This document shows positions 19,175-28,306 of a stretch of 37,697 bases of DNA, in pieces. The position numbers and the translations under genes are program-made. Where the stretch lies: NCBI GenBank assembly GCA_020318295.1, contig GCA_020318295.1_4859.1; one strand, 5' to 3'. Within the stretch, counting starts at the first letter, position 1; each line of letters begins with the position of its first letter. The stretch is from a phage. The notes below the pieces were generated by a model. That model did no database searches, was not told the DNA's origin, and saw only the letters and a program-made list of their open reading frames with translations.

Positions 19175-19654
19175 TTAATTAATCAGGTGTATCACAACGT
19201 CTGGCGTTACTACGTCGACCAGACTGCGATAGATTTTATCGTAACTGAACTTGTTGAAGAAGAAACCCGCTTCGTCGACAATAACCAAGCCGAATTTCTC
19301 GTAGCCGGATATACCAGCACCCGTCGCGCGTTTCCAACCCTCAGGCAAGTAGTTACAGTGCACGGTCAGCCAACCGTTCCCAGCGGCTTTTTCATGGAAT
19401 TTCTCCACCACTTCGCTCCGTAACGCTTCGTTGTGAACCAGATACAGAACGCTGCCGTGGAACTTTGCTGACATATCAACAGCGTGTGTTGTAACGCCTT
19501 TCTGACGACCAGCGCCATAGCGGATAGTGCGGAACTCTCTTAGTGCAATATGCGGTAAAAAGCCACAGCTGCGGGCTTCATCGGAGTCCAGTTCGATAAG
19601 ACCTTTGGACAGTTCTTTTACTACGGCGCGATAATCGATCCGAGTTATAGACAT
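19175..19654 (-). CDS. hypothetical protein (159 aa) with a Walker-B-like LVIVDEAGFFF segment
   Basis: ORF; hhhhDEA-type motif near the C-terminus and a degenerate G-rich segment (YGAGRQKGVTT) about 85 aa upstream; no confident family assignment. Confidence 0.5.
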   Translation of the reverse strand: MSITRIDYRAVVKELSKGLIELDSDEARSCGFLPHIALREFRTIRYGAGRQKGVTTHAVDMSAKFHGSVLYLVHNEALRSEVVEKFHEKAAGNGWLTVHCNYLPEGWKRATGAGISGYEKFGLVIVDEAGFFFNKFSYDKIYRSLVDVVTPDVVIHLIN

Positions 19655-19665
19655 CTGTTTTCACC

Positions 19666-20463
19666 TTATTTGTAGTTAACCATATACGGCGCGCCCTGCT
19701 TAGTAAAGCCAACCGTCAGCTTGCTCGCCTCTTTCTTTACCCATGCGGGTAATTCTTCACGGAATGCCGGGTTCAAGAACCAAATCTGCTCATAGCGCCC
19801 GTCAATCTTTTCAACAACGCGTTCCCAACCTTCGACGTACGTCAACGAGAACCATTTAAAACGCGCATGGCGTGCCCAGTAGTGGTATTCGATGGTTCGA
19901 CCGACGTGAGTCAAGACATCAATCAGAACTTGGTAGAAGCTCGGCTTTCCGATGACATGGGTATACTCGAAGATAACAGATTCTTCGCCAGGGACGAAGT
20001 TATCTTCAAAATTCTTCTCCCCTGTTAAAGGTACCATTATCGTGTCGTTGTTGATACACAGCAACCAGTGCTTATTCGAAAATATCGGCGTGTCGCCCGA
20101 GAACCGAGCCCAGCGATAATTTTCAATCGCGACGCCAATCTGTGGCCGTAACGTATCGACTACCTTCGCTATCGCTGCAGGGTCTATCGGCTCATAAACC
20201 AGACAAATCGCCTGCGCTTGCTCTCTTTCCTGCTCAGGTTCCGCAGGTCGCGGTCGCCGCCCCAGCATCAAAATCCCACTAAGATTAGTTTCCCCAATCT
20301 CAATGATTTCTATTTCGCTAGTAGGAAGCTGCCGTTTGGCGTCCTCCATGTCGACGGCCCCTAATAACCCGTATTCGTAGTCGTCGAATTCCACCGTGTA
20401 GAATTCATCGGAGAACGCAAAGAGTTTCATCATCTTATTTCTCCATTGTTTTAAAGAGAACAT
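19666..20463 (-). CDS. hypothetical protein (265 aa)
   Basis: ORF in operon context. Confidence 0.55.
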   Translation of the reverse strand: MFSLKQWRNKMMKLFAFSDEFYTVEFDDYEYGLLGAVDMEDAKRQLPTSEIEIIEIGETNLSGILMLGRRPRPAEPEQEREQAQAICLVYEPIDPAAIAKVVDTLRPQIGVAIENYRWARFSGDTPIFSNKHWLLCINNDTIMVPLTGEKNFEDNFVPGEESVIFEYTHVIGKPSFYQVLIDVLTHVGRTIEYHYWARHARFKWFSLTYVEGWERVVEKIDGRYEQIWFLNPAFREELPAWVKKEASKLTVGFTKQGAPYMVNYK

Positions 20464-20698
20464 CTACGCTGTTACGGAGCATATTCAGTTCTTCTTCTTT
20501 CTTACGCAGCAGCATTTCAGGAGCGTTCTTTGCAAACTCTTTCAGTGCCATTTGGACGACATGCGAATCGGTTTCGTCCGGGAACAGAGCTTTTAATGCG
20601 ACCCATTCCTCCGCGGTGAATACGTCACCTTTGCGGACATTACGCTGTTGTGGTAGTCGAATTGTTTTACTGAGACGGTCTGTCATAGCTCCACCCAA
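20435..20698 (-). CDS. hypothetical small protein (87 aa; start may be the Met at 20686)
   Basis: ORF in operon context; overlaps neighbours by a few codons. Confidence 0.45.
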   Translation of the reverse strand: MGGAMTDRLSKTIRLPQQRNVRKGDVFTAEEWVALKALFPDETDSHVVQMALKEFAKNAPEMLLRKKEEELNMLRNSVDVLFKTMEK

Positions 20699-21219
20699 AT
20701 CAGTTTAAAGGTATTACCTTCTAAGCCAGTCGGATGGATAATCATCGCTTCGGTATAGATAGGTTCTTCCTCTGCAATACGGTGCTCGGCTGCTAAGCCT
20801 GAAAGATGCATGTAGAGGTCTTCATCCATATCTCCGTTAAAAGACGAGGTCAGGATAAAGGGTGTGGACTCGGCGATTTGCAAAAGCGTTTCTTTGCTAA
20901 TCTGTATCTCCATTGTCCGACGCCGTTCCATCCAGCTACCTTGTTCGTGGATATACGGATCGGTGTTAATACGGACGACTGGTTCCATAGATTCACCCAG
21001 ACCACGAGTCATCATCTGAATAGCCAGTAGCGTCCACCATTCCTGCTCAGCTATCGGGAAGCCGATAGCTTTCATCGTACCGTCCGGCTGCGGCACGTGA
21101 AGTTGTCCACGGTGCTCATCCGGAAACTCCACGATTTTCTGTCCATTGATAGGAATGAACGGTGGTTCGTCCGTGGTAACCACCGCTTTAGGCTTGAAGG
21201 GAACGACGTTGTCAGCCAT
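20683..21219 (-). CDS. hypothetical protein (178 aa)
   Basis: ORF in operon context. Confidence 0.55.
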   Translation of the reverse strand: MADNVVPFKPKAVVTTDEPPFIPINGQKIVEFPDEHRGQLHVPQPDGTMKAIGFPIAEQEWWTLLAIQMMTRGLGESMEPVVRINTDPYIHEQGSWMERRRTMEIQISKETLLQIAESTPFILTSSFNGDMDEDLYMHLSGLAAEHRIAEEEPIYTEAMIIHPTGLEGNTFKLIWVEL

Positions 21220-21231
21220 AAACGCTCCTAA

Positions 21232-22269
21232 TTAGATAGCCACCGGTGCAGATATTTTTTCATGAGACTGATACCCAACGATCTCAAAATCTTCGAATTT
21301 ATAATCGAAGATAGATTCCGGTTTACGCTTGATGATCAGTTTCGGTAAAGGTAAAGGTTCGCGAGTCAGTTGCAGCTTGGCCTGTTCCAGATGGTTGGAG
21401 TACAGATGTACGTCGCCACCGCTCCAAACGAAATCGCCCGGCACCATGTTAACTTGCTGAGCTACCATGTGAATCAGTAACGCGTAAGACGCGATGTTGA
21501 ACGGTGTTCCCAGGAAGAAGTCTTGGGAACGTGCATACAGCTGACATGAAAGAATGCGGCGAGGTATTTCAAGTGCGTTCATCTCAACGTGGAATACTGC
21601 GTCATCTGCTACAGCTTCATTACTAAAGCGGGAATCGTTAAATTGATCTGGAAGGTTCTTTTCAAACCAATCAAGACGCTCGTCGATAGACAGCTCACGA
21701 GTGTAGAACTGAAAGAACGCATGACACGGAGCTAACGCCATTTGATCCAACTCACCCACGTTCCATGCGCTGACAATAATACGGCGACTGTCAGGATCGT
21801 TACGCAGCTGGTCAATCACCTTAGAGATCTGGTCGTGCTCTTTCAGAAGTACACGCGCATCGAACATTTGTGAACCGTCGTCCGCGTCGCCATAATCCGC
21901 GTATCCAGCATCTTGCAGTTTCTCGAGTAAAGCTGCATTTTTCTTAGGCACCAGTTTCACATCTTTCCAACGTCTCCATTGTGCACCATACAGGGGGCCA
22001 AGGTTCCCATTCTCATCTTGCCACTCCCGCCAAATGGTAACGCCGTTATCTTCCAGATATTTGGTGTTGGTATCCCCACTAAGGAACCACAACAGTTCGT
22101 GAATAATAGAACGCAGGTGGAGTTTTTTAGTCGTGACTAACGGGAAACCTTTGCGCAAATCAAAACGCATTTGGCGACCAAAGACGGAGAGAGTCCCTGT
22201 CCCAGTACGATCGCCTTTAACATGACCCTCGTCCAGAATGTTTTGCATCATCTCAAGATATTGTTTCAC
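21232..22269 (-). CDS. thyA: thymidylate synthase (ThyA family) with two insertions (345 aa)
   Basis: Near-identical blocks to E. coli ThyA: MKQYLE.MQ..LDEG...[61 protein letters not shown] (catalytic Cys), [10 protein letters not shown] (Asn that specifies dUMP), [21 protein letters not shown]. Insertions of about 36 aa (nt about 21850..21966) and about 45 aa (nt about 21555..21702). Confidence 0.9.
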   Translation of the reverse strand: MKQYLEMMQNILDEGHVKGDRTGTGTLSVFGRQMRFDLRKGFPLVTTKKLHLRSIIHELLWFLSGDTNTKYLEDNGVTIWREWQDENGNLGPLYGAQWRRWKDVKLVPKKNAALLEKLQDAGYADYGDADDGSQMFDARVLLKEHDQISKVIDQLRNDPDSRRIIVSAWNVGELDQMALAPCHAFFQFYTRELSIDERLDWFEKNLPDQFNDSRFSNEAVADDAVFHVEMNALEIPRRILSCQLYARSQDFFLGTPFNIASYALLIHMVAQQVNMVPGDFVWSGGDVHLYSNHLEQAKLQLTREPLPLPKLIIKRKPESIFDYKFEDFEIVGYQSHEKISAPVAI

Positions 22270-22271
22270 AA

Positions 22272-23141
22272 TTATTTTCCTTTCAATAAATTCAAAATGT
22301 CTCTTAAATCATCGTTCGCACAAATGTTTACAGCGTTACCATCGAACTTAACATCAACACGAGGGTTACGATTGAACAACATTTGTTTTCTTACTATCCA
22401 CGGTTCAAAGTGCGCCTTGAGAAGCTCTTGCAGCTTTTCGTTCATAATGTCCTCCATCCGCAGCAATAGCTGCGGCATGGCGACTTCACCGTTATGTTTG
22501 GTTTGTAAATCGTTCGATGTGGCCAAAAGGCAATTTACAATAATGTCGTGAACTGACTCGTTGGTTTTGTACACCGTCTGATAGGTTTGTTTCGCCAAAT
22601 CGTCGTCGGATAACGGCAACGATGCTTTGAGCAGTTCGCCGAGCGTGCTTGTCGTTTCAGGCGTCTTAACGAGCTTACGATGGCCATTAAAAACAACACG
22701 GTCAAACTCCAGCCCGCAACGACACGCCAACAATTGATACTGTCTCATCAACTTACGAAGCAGCGCGCTATAACTCTTAGCGTCAGGTTCTGGTTCACGC
22801 AAAACAACACTAACGGTCTCGACTGCAATTAACATGAGCTGCTGCAGTTGTCCTTCTTTCGTGCCAGTTGTAGTACGAACAGACACCGCATCACTCAACG
22901 GAACGACAATATCACCGAGGTTAGAATGTGGACCGAGGTGTAGCAGCGCGGCAAATGTCCAAATCGATTCACCGATACCGGCAGCCACCTTTAAGTTATC
23001 CAGTTCATCGACACCTGCTGAGATCCTGCCGAGTGTGACGTAATACTTCACCAACTGACGTTCAGTCGCTTTCTGTTGGTAAATATCTGTCTTGCGAAAC
23101 CACTCTTCGACTGCCTGAACTTGCTGAACGATGCTAGGCAC
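22272..23141 (-). CDS. hypothetical protein (about 289 aa; ORF track extends to 23234)
   Basis: I prefer the in-frame GTG at 23141, preceded by GGGAGGAAG, which overlaps the upstream stop by only a few nt; the track's start at 23234 would overlap the upstream gene by 100 nt. Confidence 0.5.
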   Translation of the reverse strand: MPSIVQQVQAVEEWFRKTDIYQQKATERQLVKYYVTLGRISAGVDELDNLKVAAGIGESIWTFAALLHLGPHSNLGDIVVPLSDAVSVRTTTGTKEGQLQQLMLIAVETVSVVLREPEPDAKSYSALLRKLMRQYQLLACRCGLEFDRVVFNGHRKLVKTPETTSTLGELLKASLPLSDDDLAKQTYQTVYKTNESVHDIIVNCLLATSNDLQTKHNGEVAMPQLLLRMEDIMNEKLQELLKAHFEPWIVRKQMLFNRNPRVDVKFDGNAVNICANDDLRDILNLLKGK

Positions 23142-23556
23142 AGACTTCTTCCTCCCGATACGCGTAGCAGATTGCAAAGTTAAGCTGGCCGGTTGCGCGA
23201 GAAACGACAACGGCGATAGTCTGGTCTTCCACACCCGACATCGGTGTGCCCTGATTAACCATTTGACCTGCGGCCTTACTTACCGGACCCAGCAAACGCC
23301 AGCTGTACAGACGGCTACGTAACGCTGCGTTTTGTAAGAAAGCGGAGCCGCAATCATAGTCGACATTAAACGCTGCAAACATTGGACCACAGTCTGCCAT
23401 CGTGCCGTTTAACGGCAGCTCGCTCGTTACCACAATCTTCACAGGCTTGTCTTTGAGACGCTGTGCTAACGCTTCCCAGTTAGCGTTATTAGTGCCAGCG
23501 ATGATGGTGTTGTTCAGAAGTAACCCAACGCCTTTTTCAAACGCGATATTGTTCAT
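23134..23556 (-). CDS. hypothetical protein (140 aa)
   Basis: ORF with AAGGAG upstream. Confidence 0.5.
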   Translation of the reverse strand: MNNIAFEKGVGLLLNNTIIAGTNNANWEALAQRLKDKPVKIVVTSELPLNGTMADCGPMFAAFNVDYDCGSAFLQNAALRSRLYSWRLLGPVSKAAGQMVNQGTPMSGVEDQTIAVVVSRATGQLNFAICYAYREEEVCA

Positions 23557-23604
23557 TATAGTTCTCCTTGAGGTCTTTTACATACGTACAGCCGTGCCCG
23601 TAAA

Positions 23605-23967
23605 TTATCGAAGAATAAGAATTTGGCTACTGTCGTGCACATTGTACGTATTCATCCTGGGCTTGCTAGGCGGGTTGAATCCCATCAATAATTCGCACAA
23701 TACACGACCAGGCTGCCCACTGAAGATAACTAGATGCGTGGTGTCTTCGCCGTCTCCAAGTCGGGAGAAAGCAACGCGTGGCGACGCAGCTTGCGTGTAG
23801 AGTTGCAATAGTTGAAACTTACCTTCTGCGAAGGGAGCAAGTTTCTCTTTCCACTCGACCATAGATGTTTCGTCGAGTTCTAACGTGCGTACACGTCTCC
23901 CGTCACTATCCGGAACACCACAAACAAACACGATTCCGTGACGATTAAAGAAGAAGCCGATTTGCAT
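23605..23967 (-). CDS. hypothetical protein (120 aa)
   Basis: ORF with AAGGAG 8 nt upstream, directly downstream of a terminator. Confidence 0.55.
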   Translation of the reverse strand: MQIGFFFNRHGIVFVCGVPDSDGRRVRTLELDETSMVEWKEKLAPFAEGKFQLLQLYTQAASPRVAFSRLGDGEDTTHLVIFSGQPGRVLCELLMGFNPPSKPRMNTYNVHDSSQILILR

Positions 23968-23980
23968 TTACATACTCCTT

Positions 23981-24019
23981 AAGATAAAAAATAAAGATAC
24001 CCTCTCCCGAAGGAGAGGG
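23981..24019 (-). terminator. rho-independent terminator (minus strand)
   Basis: Stem CCCTCTCC / GGAGAGGG with loop CGAA, followed on the minus strand by TATCTTTATTTTTTATCTT, then the AAGGAG RBS of the 120-aa gene. Confidence 0.65.
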
Positions 24020-24025
24020 CACGAC

Positions 24026-24685
24026 TTAGATGCGGGTTTCATTATCCCAGTAGTTCCGAATGACTTCCTGGGCTTCAGCATCCGACGGGTTGCCTGGAAT
24101 AGCGTCTTCTACTGCAAACGGCAATACGTCCTTGATAGACGTCAGCTCAAATCGCTCAACTTCCAGTTCGACTTTTACCCACTCGCCGAATGTAGTGGAG
24201 TCGCGCAGTTCGTTGACAAGGTCTTCGAAACCTGCCTGCGATTCGATAACTGGGTGACCTGCCAGTTTAAAGAACAAGTCGATATCCCAATGCTTCGCAC
24301 CTTGCTCTGCCAGCTCGCCTGGCTCGAGTTTGATACGACGCACGAGATGTGCAAGATTGCCATCTTCGTAGAAGGTCAGACCGGAAGCAAACCCGATATC
24401 TGAGTTCTCTTCGATACGACCATCAGATGCTTGTCGTTTTAACGTTAAGACTGCGGTTTTATCGGTGGACAACCGCACACGACGTTTGCCGTTAACGACC
24501 GGCATGATGACGTCCAGGAACGTTTCACCTGTCTGACCAAACAGCCATTGCCAACCTTCTTCAGTGGGTTTAACCCACATGCAATACTCACGTTCCTTCT
24601 CCGTAGAGATGGACTCACGCGCAACAGTAATGACTTCTTTTTCCTGCTGCTCGTCGAGGTTTTTGAGAATATCAAATAGTCCCAT
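24026..24685 (-). CDS. hypothetical protein (219 aa)
   Basis: ORF with AGGAA upstream; 14-nt overlap with the upstream gene. Confidence 0.55.
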   Translation of the reverse strand: MGLFDILKNLDEQQEKEVITVARESISTEKEREYCMWVKPTEEGWQWLFGQTGETFLDVIMPVVNGKRRVRLSTDKTAVLTLKRQASDGRIEENSDIGFASGLTFYEDGNLAHLVRRIKLEPGELAEQGAKHWDIDLFFKLAGHPVIESQAGFEDLVNELRDSTTFGEWVKVELEVERFELTSIKDVLPFAVEDAIPGNPSDAEAQEVIRNYWDNETRI

Positions 24686-25523
24686 CGTCGATTCCTAGTT
24701 TCTTCAAAAGTTCGGCTCGATCAAACGTACTGTCTTCAGGATCGATATGTTCAGCTATCATCTCAATCAGATTTGGTAGCCAGTCCCAGTGTGCTGGGAA
24801 TATCTTACGCCCTTGCATCATGTAATAATGCTTAAGCGGGATACGTGCTCGCAGAATCTCTGCAAATACATTACCTAACGATGTCCCGTCGACCGACAGT
24901 ATAAAGAGTTTATTTACCAGCGCATGGATAAAACGGCTTTCTGTAACCGGAGTAAATGTACCTGGCTTATAACTGGTTCCTCCGTAGATTTCCGCTTTCA
25001 GATTACGACCTAACCGGATACAGTCGGTGCCATCTAGCGCACGTAACTTCTCAATATCAGGCCAGGTGTTCACTGCCTGTTGCATGATATCAAATTCCAT
25101 CACCAAAGTGCGGTTATCAATTTCACGCATTAAGTAATCCAGAATACGCAGGTAATGATAATAACCTTCGAGCGTCCGGAAAGGGCCGTGGGGGGTAACA
25201 AAATACTCACCAGGGCGAGCATAAAAGTTACTCGCCATCCGACCTATCTCAGTTCGACCCTGCGAATAGATGTTGAAGTGATTCAAACCATCTGTAGACG
25301 GCGTGATATCCACCAGGGTACTCTGATAACCCATACGCAGTAAATAGCGTACAAAGGCTTCCTTTTCTTCTGGCGGGAGGATGGGACGTAAAACAGGATA
25401 TGTGGTTCCTACTGCGGCGGGCAATGCAAAGCCAAAAGCAGCCGCCAAAGCATCCACCGATGCACCATCATCGCGTAGGCGTTCCAACGCACTACGCAAA
25501 AACTTACCTTCATCTTTCGACAT
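24672..25523 (-). CDS. hypothetical protein (283 aa)
   Basis: ORF in operon context. Confidence 0.55.
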   Translation of the reverse strand: MSKDEGKFLRSALERLRDDGASVDALAAAFGFALPAAVGTTYPVLRPILPPEEKEAFVRYLLRMGYQSTLVDITPSTDGLNHFNIYSQGRTEIGRMASNFYARPGEYFVTPHGPFRTLEGYYHYLRILDYLMREIDNRTLVMEFDIMQQAVNTWPDIEKLRALDGTDCIRLGRNLKAEIYGGTSYKPGTFTPVTESRFIHALVNKLFILSVDGTSLGNVFAEILRARIPLKHYYMMQGRKIFPAHWDWLPNLIEMIAEHIDPEDSTFDRAELLKKLGIDDGTI

Positions 25524-25532
25524 AGAGGTACC

Positions 25533-26807
25533 TTATAAGGCGAAATAGCTCTGTACCAGTGTACTGGCAGACTGATATTGGACACTACCACCGGCGATAA
25601 CGTATGGGCGTTTCTCGGTAGTTAAGAGTGCTTGAATCGCATTACTGTTGGCGTATGTGTAAAGCTTAAGTTCAACCATTCCAGGATTCGTTTTAGAGAT
25701 ATCCCAGTTTGGATTAAGCGCTTTAAACAACGTTAACAGTCGCTGACCGTAGGTACTGTAACCCACGCCTGGTTCAACGTTAAGGTTCATCAGAAGATTC
25801 TGAATAACGGTATCTGCAATCTCAGCACCTTGACCAGGCTGTAGTTTAGGCAAGTAATACTCAACAGAATTGAGATTACCCGCCGCCGCAGCCTGTATCA
25901 TCAGTTCGCCGTACAACGCTTGTTGTGCAATAGGATCGGTGATAGCCTGAATCATCGGATCGATGCGATTCGGCAGACCGTATTGATTGAGCTTTGTGGA
26001 CATACCGTATATCAACGCAGACGAGGTGTTGATATCCAGCGAGGAGAAATTCCCACTCCCGCCCGTAAAGCTATCAATGATCCCGTCGATAGACAAGAAG
26101 TCGTCCAGGTCCTTAAAGCTATCAAACGTGTGTGTAACATCGTCAATCAGTGCGGTGACTTGCCATTTGGCGCTATTGGCCATATCGACGTAGTTACCGA
26201 TTTCACGCTGTACCTCACCAGGCAGTTTGGCAAGCTGTCCCGCGATGTTCATCGTGGACTCCAGGCGAGCTTTCACTGACGCATAATCTGTCCCGACCGC
26301 GCTTAAAGCGCTATCGCGAAGATCAGTCAGTGTATCCCATCCCTTACTTAACAGACTACCTGCGCCGCCCGGTGAGAGATAGCTCAGTGCAGTTTTCCCT
26401 TCCTGGTTTACCTTCTGAAAGGGTTCGGACACATCGCGCTTCTGTGGATCGATAACTGGCAGCGCTTCTTTCGTGTTGGAAGCAAAAGTAGGCACACGTT
26501 GAGGCGGCGATACTCCGGAAGCCGCTGAACCTGCTGCCTTTTTACCACCTACCGTGACTTGGTCGCCGCCCCCGAACACGTTACCAAATTTTTCACTTAT
26601 CGTGTTGCCAATGTTGGAGATCTTGTCGAAAGTTTCCCCTGCTTTGGCGGTTACGTTATTGTACAAATTTTGAGCACTTTCAATACCGCGCTCGGCATTA
26701 CCAATCGTTGACTGGACACGGTTTTGAACATCGTTAACTTTGTTCTCTATTGCGCCCGTTGTGCTGCTTATCTGGTTGGTAATCCCATCAAGGTTGTTCA
26801 GTTTCAT
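25533..26807 (-). CDS. hypothetical protein, possibly structural (424 aa; Gly/Ser/Thr/Asn-rich)
   Basis: ORF whose composition resembles phage virion or fibre-like proteins; no catalytic motif. Confidence 0.55.
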   Translation of the reverse strand: MKLNNLDGITNQISSTTGAIENKVNDVQNRVQSTIGNAERGIESAQNLYNNVTAKAGETFDKISNIGNTISEKFGNVFGGGDQVTVGGKKAAGSAASGVSPPQRVPTFASNTKEALPVIDPQKRDVSEPFQKVNQEGKTALSYLSPGGAGSLLSKGWDTLTDLRDSALSAVGTDYASVKARLESTMNIAGQLAKLPGEVQREIGNYVDMANSAKWQVTALIDDVTHTFDSFKDLDDFLSIDGIIDSFTGGSGNFSSLDINTSSALIYGMSTKLNQYGLPNRIDPMIQAITDPIAQQALYGELMIQAAAAGNLNSVEYYLPKLQPGQGAEIADTVIQNLLMNLNVEPGVGYSTYGQRLLTLFKALNPNWDISKTNPGMVELKLYTYANSNAIQALLTTEKRPYVIAGGSVQYQSASTLVQSYFAL

Positions 26808-27666
26808 TGGAACTCCAGAATCTATACGTCGCTAACGGAACGTCGTCGCTGACCTCATATTCTCTACCACTACGATGACGAACTTTGAAAGTGATTTCGA
26901 ACTCACGTACGTCCAGCGCTTGTAAGATTATTAGAAACCAACGCCAGGTGATTGCCTCGGTGTGACGCATCGCCTGTTTCATGTTGTTTCGTCTGTCCCC
27001 ACGTTTGGATGATGTGCCTGGGCACAACTTAGGGTTGTTGACGTAGTTCGTCGTCCACCGTTCCAGTTTATCACCATCGATTTTATACCCACGAATAACT
27101 TTGTAGATTAAACGCAGGAGAATGTGCTTCATCACATGTTCGATAGTGTGGTCGATGTTCGCGACATACTCGTTAACGTCGTAAGATGCGGGATGCTCGA
27201 AACGCTCTTTACGTTTCTTCCTGTTCTCATTACGTAAGTTCTTAATGAAGTCCTCACGCACAAACGTACTGTCGAATACAAAACACTTCGTGTCAAAGCT
27301 TCCCCGCTTAGTCAGCAGGGTGACTGTTAGCGTTTGCATCTCCAGGATAACTAATCCCTCGATGAAACGTTTCCACGTAAAATCGACTGTCAGGTTACGT
27401 ACCGAACCACCCGTAAGTGAGGTGTTCAGCCGGTTAACGCGGTCGGTCATCGTGGTCAGTTTGCTGTCACGAAACTGTTTCAGATACTCCGGGTCGTTGA
27501 CATGTTGACGGATAAGGTCTTTCCATATCCCGTCGCTAATACCCATCAACTTAACCAGATTCCAATAAGCTTTCCTTAACGGGTAGCTGGAATCTGACGC
27601 CGGTGGCGTACCGTGCCAAATTTGCTCGCGTGTGCTATTCAGCGGCGGCTTTTTCTCATCATCCAT
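26788..27666 (-). CDS. hypothetical protein (292 aa)
   Basis: ORF in operon context. Confidence 0.5.
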   Translation of the reverse strand: MDDEKKPPLNSTREQIWHGTPPASDSSYPLRKAYWNLVKLMGISDGIWKDLIRQHVNDPEYLKQFRDSKLTTMTDRVNRLNTSLTGGSVRNLTVDFTWKRFIEGLVILEMQTLTVTLLTKRGSFDTKCFVFDSTFVREDFIKNLRNENRKKRKERFEHPASYDVNEYVANIDHTIEHVMKHILLRLIYKVIRGYKIDGDKLERWTTNYVNNPKLCPGTSSKRGDRRNNMKQAMRHTEAITWRWFLIILQALDVREFEITFKVRHRSGREYEVSDDVPLATYRFWSSNETEQP

Positions 27667-27699
27667 ACATCACCTTGTTACAAGGGAATAGATTAAAAG

Positions 27700-28230
27700 T
27701 TAGAGATAGTGTTCCACTATCACTTCTAACTCGCGGAAGATATGTGCGGTTTGATTAAACAGCGTATCCTGTTCGGGTGTTTGTTTATCAAATGCACGCT
27801 GATACAGTTCTAACATAGCGAAGACTGTGCGCAGTTTATCGCGCGCGACTTCAGGATCGGATGCACCGAAATAATGATCAAGCCATCGTGGTTCTGAACT
27901 CTCTCCTTTTCTATCGATTGCCTCAGGCAACTCTAACCAACGTTGATTGGGAATGTTGCTACTGGATACACGGTTATACTCAGAAATGAAGAATTCCAAT
28001 CGCTCCACCAACGTGTCAAAATCTCGAATACGTAATTCGAGTTGTCCACGCAATGAAAAAGGAAGGTATTCTTTCCCATTATATTCCAGAGGCTCTGTAA
28101 TGAGTTCTAAGCCCACCATCACTCTGTGCAGGGTGTTATGGGTATTCTTATGAAACTCAGCCTCCAAAGAGCGTCTGCGAGCTTCTACAGCCTTACGACG
28201 CAGGAGTGTTGAAAGCCATTTAAAAAGCAT
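27700..28230 (-). CDS. hypothetical protein (176 aa)
   Basis: ORF; first gene downstream of the conserved promoter-like motif. Confidence 0.55.
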   Translation of the reverse strand: MLFKWLSTLLRRKAVEARRRSLEAEFHKNTHNTLHRVMVGLELITEPLEYNGKEYLPFSLRGQLELRIRDFDTLVERLEFFISEYNRVSSSNIPNQRWLELPEAIDRKGESSEPRWLDHYFGASDPEVARDKLRTVFAMLELYQRAFDKQTPEQDTLFNQTAHIFRELEVIVEHYL

Positions 28231-28263
28231 AGGTGTTATCCTATTATGAGATGTTGTCTCGGA

Positions 28264-28293
28264 TAGATAATATCTGTCTGAGTTCTTTTTGAG
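28264..28293 (-). promoter_or_regulatory. putative phage promoter element, copy 1 (minus-strand read CTCAAAAAGAACTCAGACAGATATTATCTA)
   Basis: The 12-nt core AGATATTATCTA is identical to the copy at 35829..35840 and, in both, ends exactly 33 nt upstream of an ATG; 23 of 30 positions are identical across the extended motif. Confidence 0.5.
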
Positions 28294-28306
28294 ATGAGGT
28301 TATCCC

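Noticed and set aside
18981-19178. Plus-strand 65-aa ORF competing with the minus-strand 62-aa ORF
   Set aside because: No RBS, opposite to the surrounding operon and overlapping the next minus-strand gene; the minus-strand ORF has a GAGGA RBS.
17969-23234. Tubulin/PhuZ-like or macro-domain proteins among the 313-, 320- and 140-aa ORFs
   Set aside because: No GGGTGSG tubulin signature and no convincing macro-domain motif; the resemblance was compositional only.
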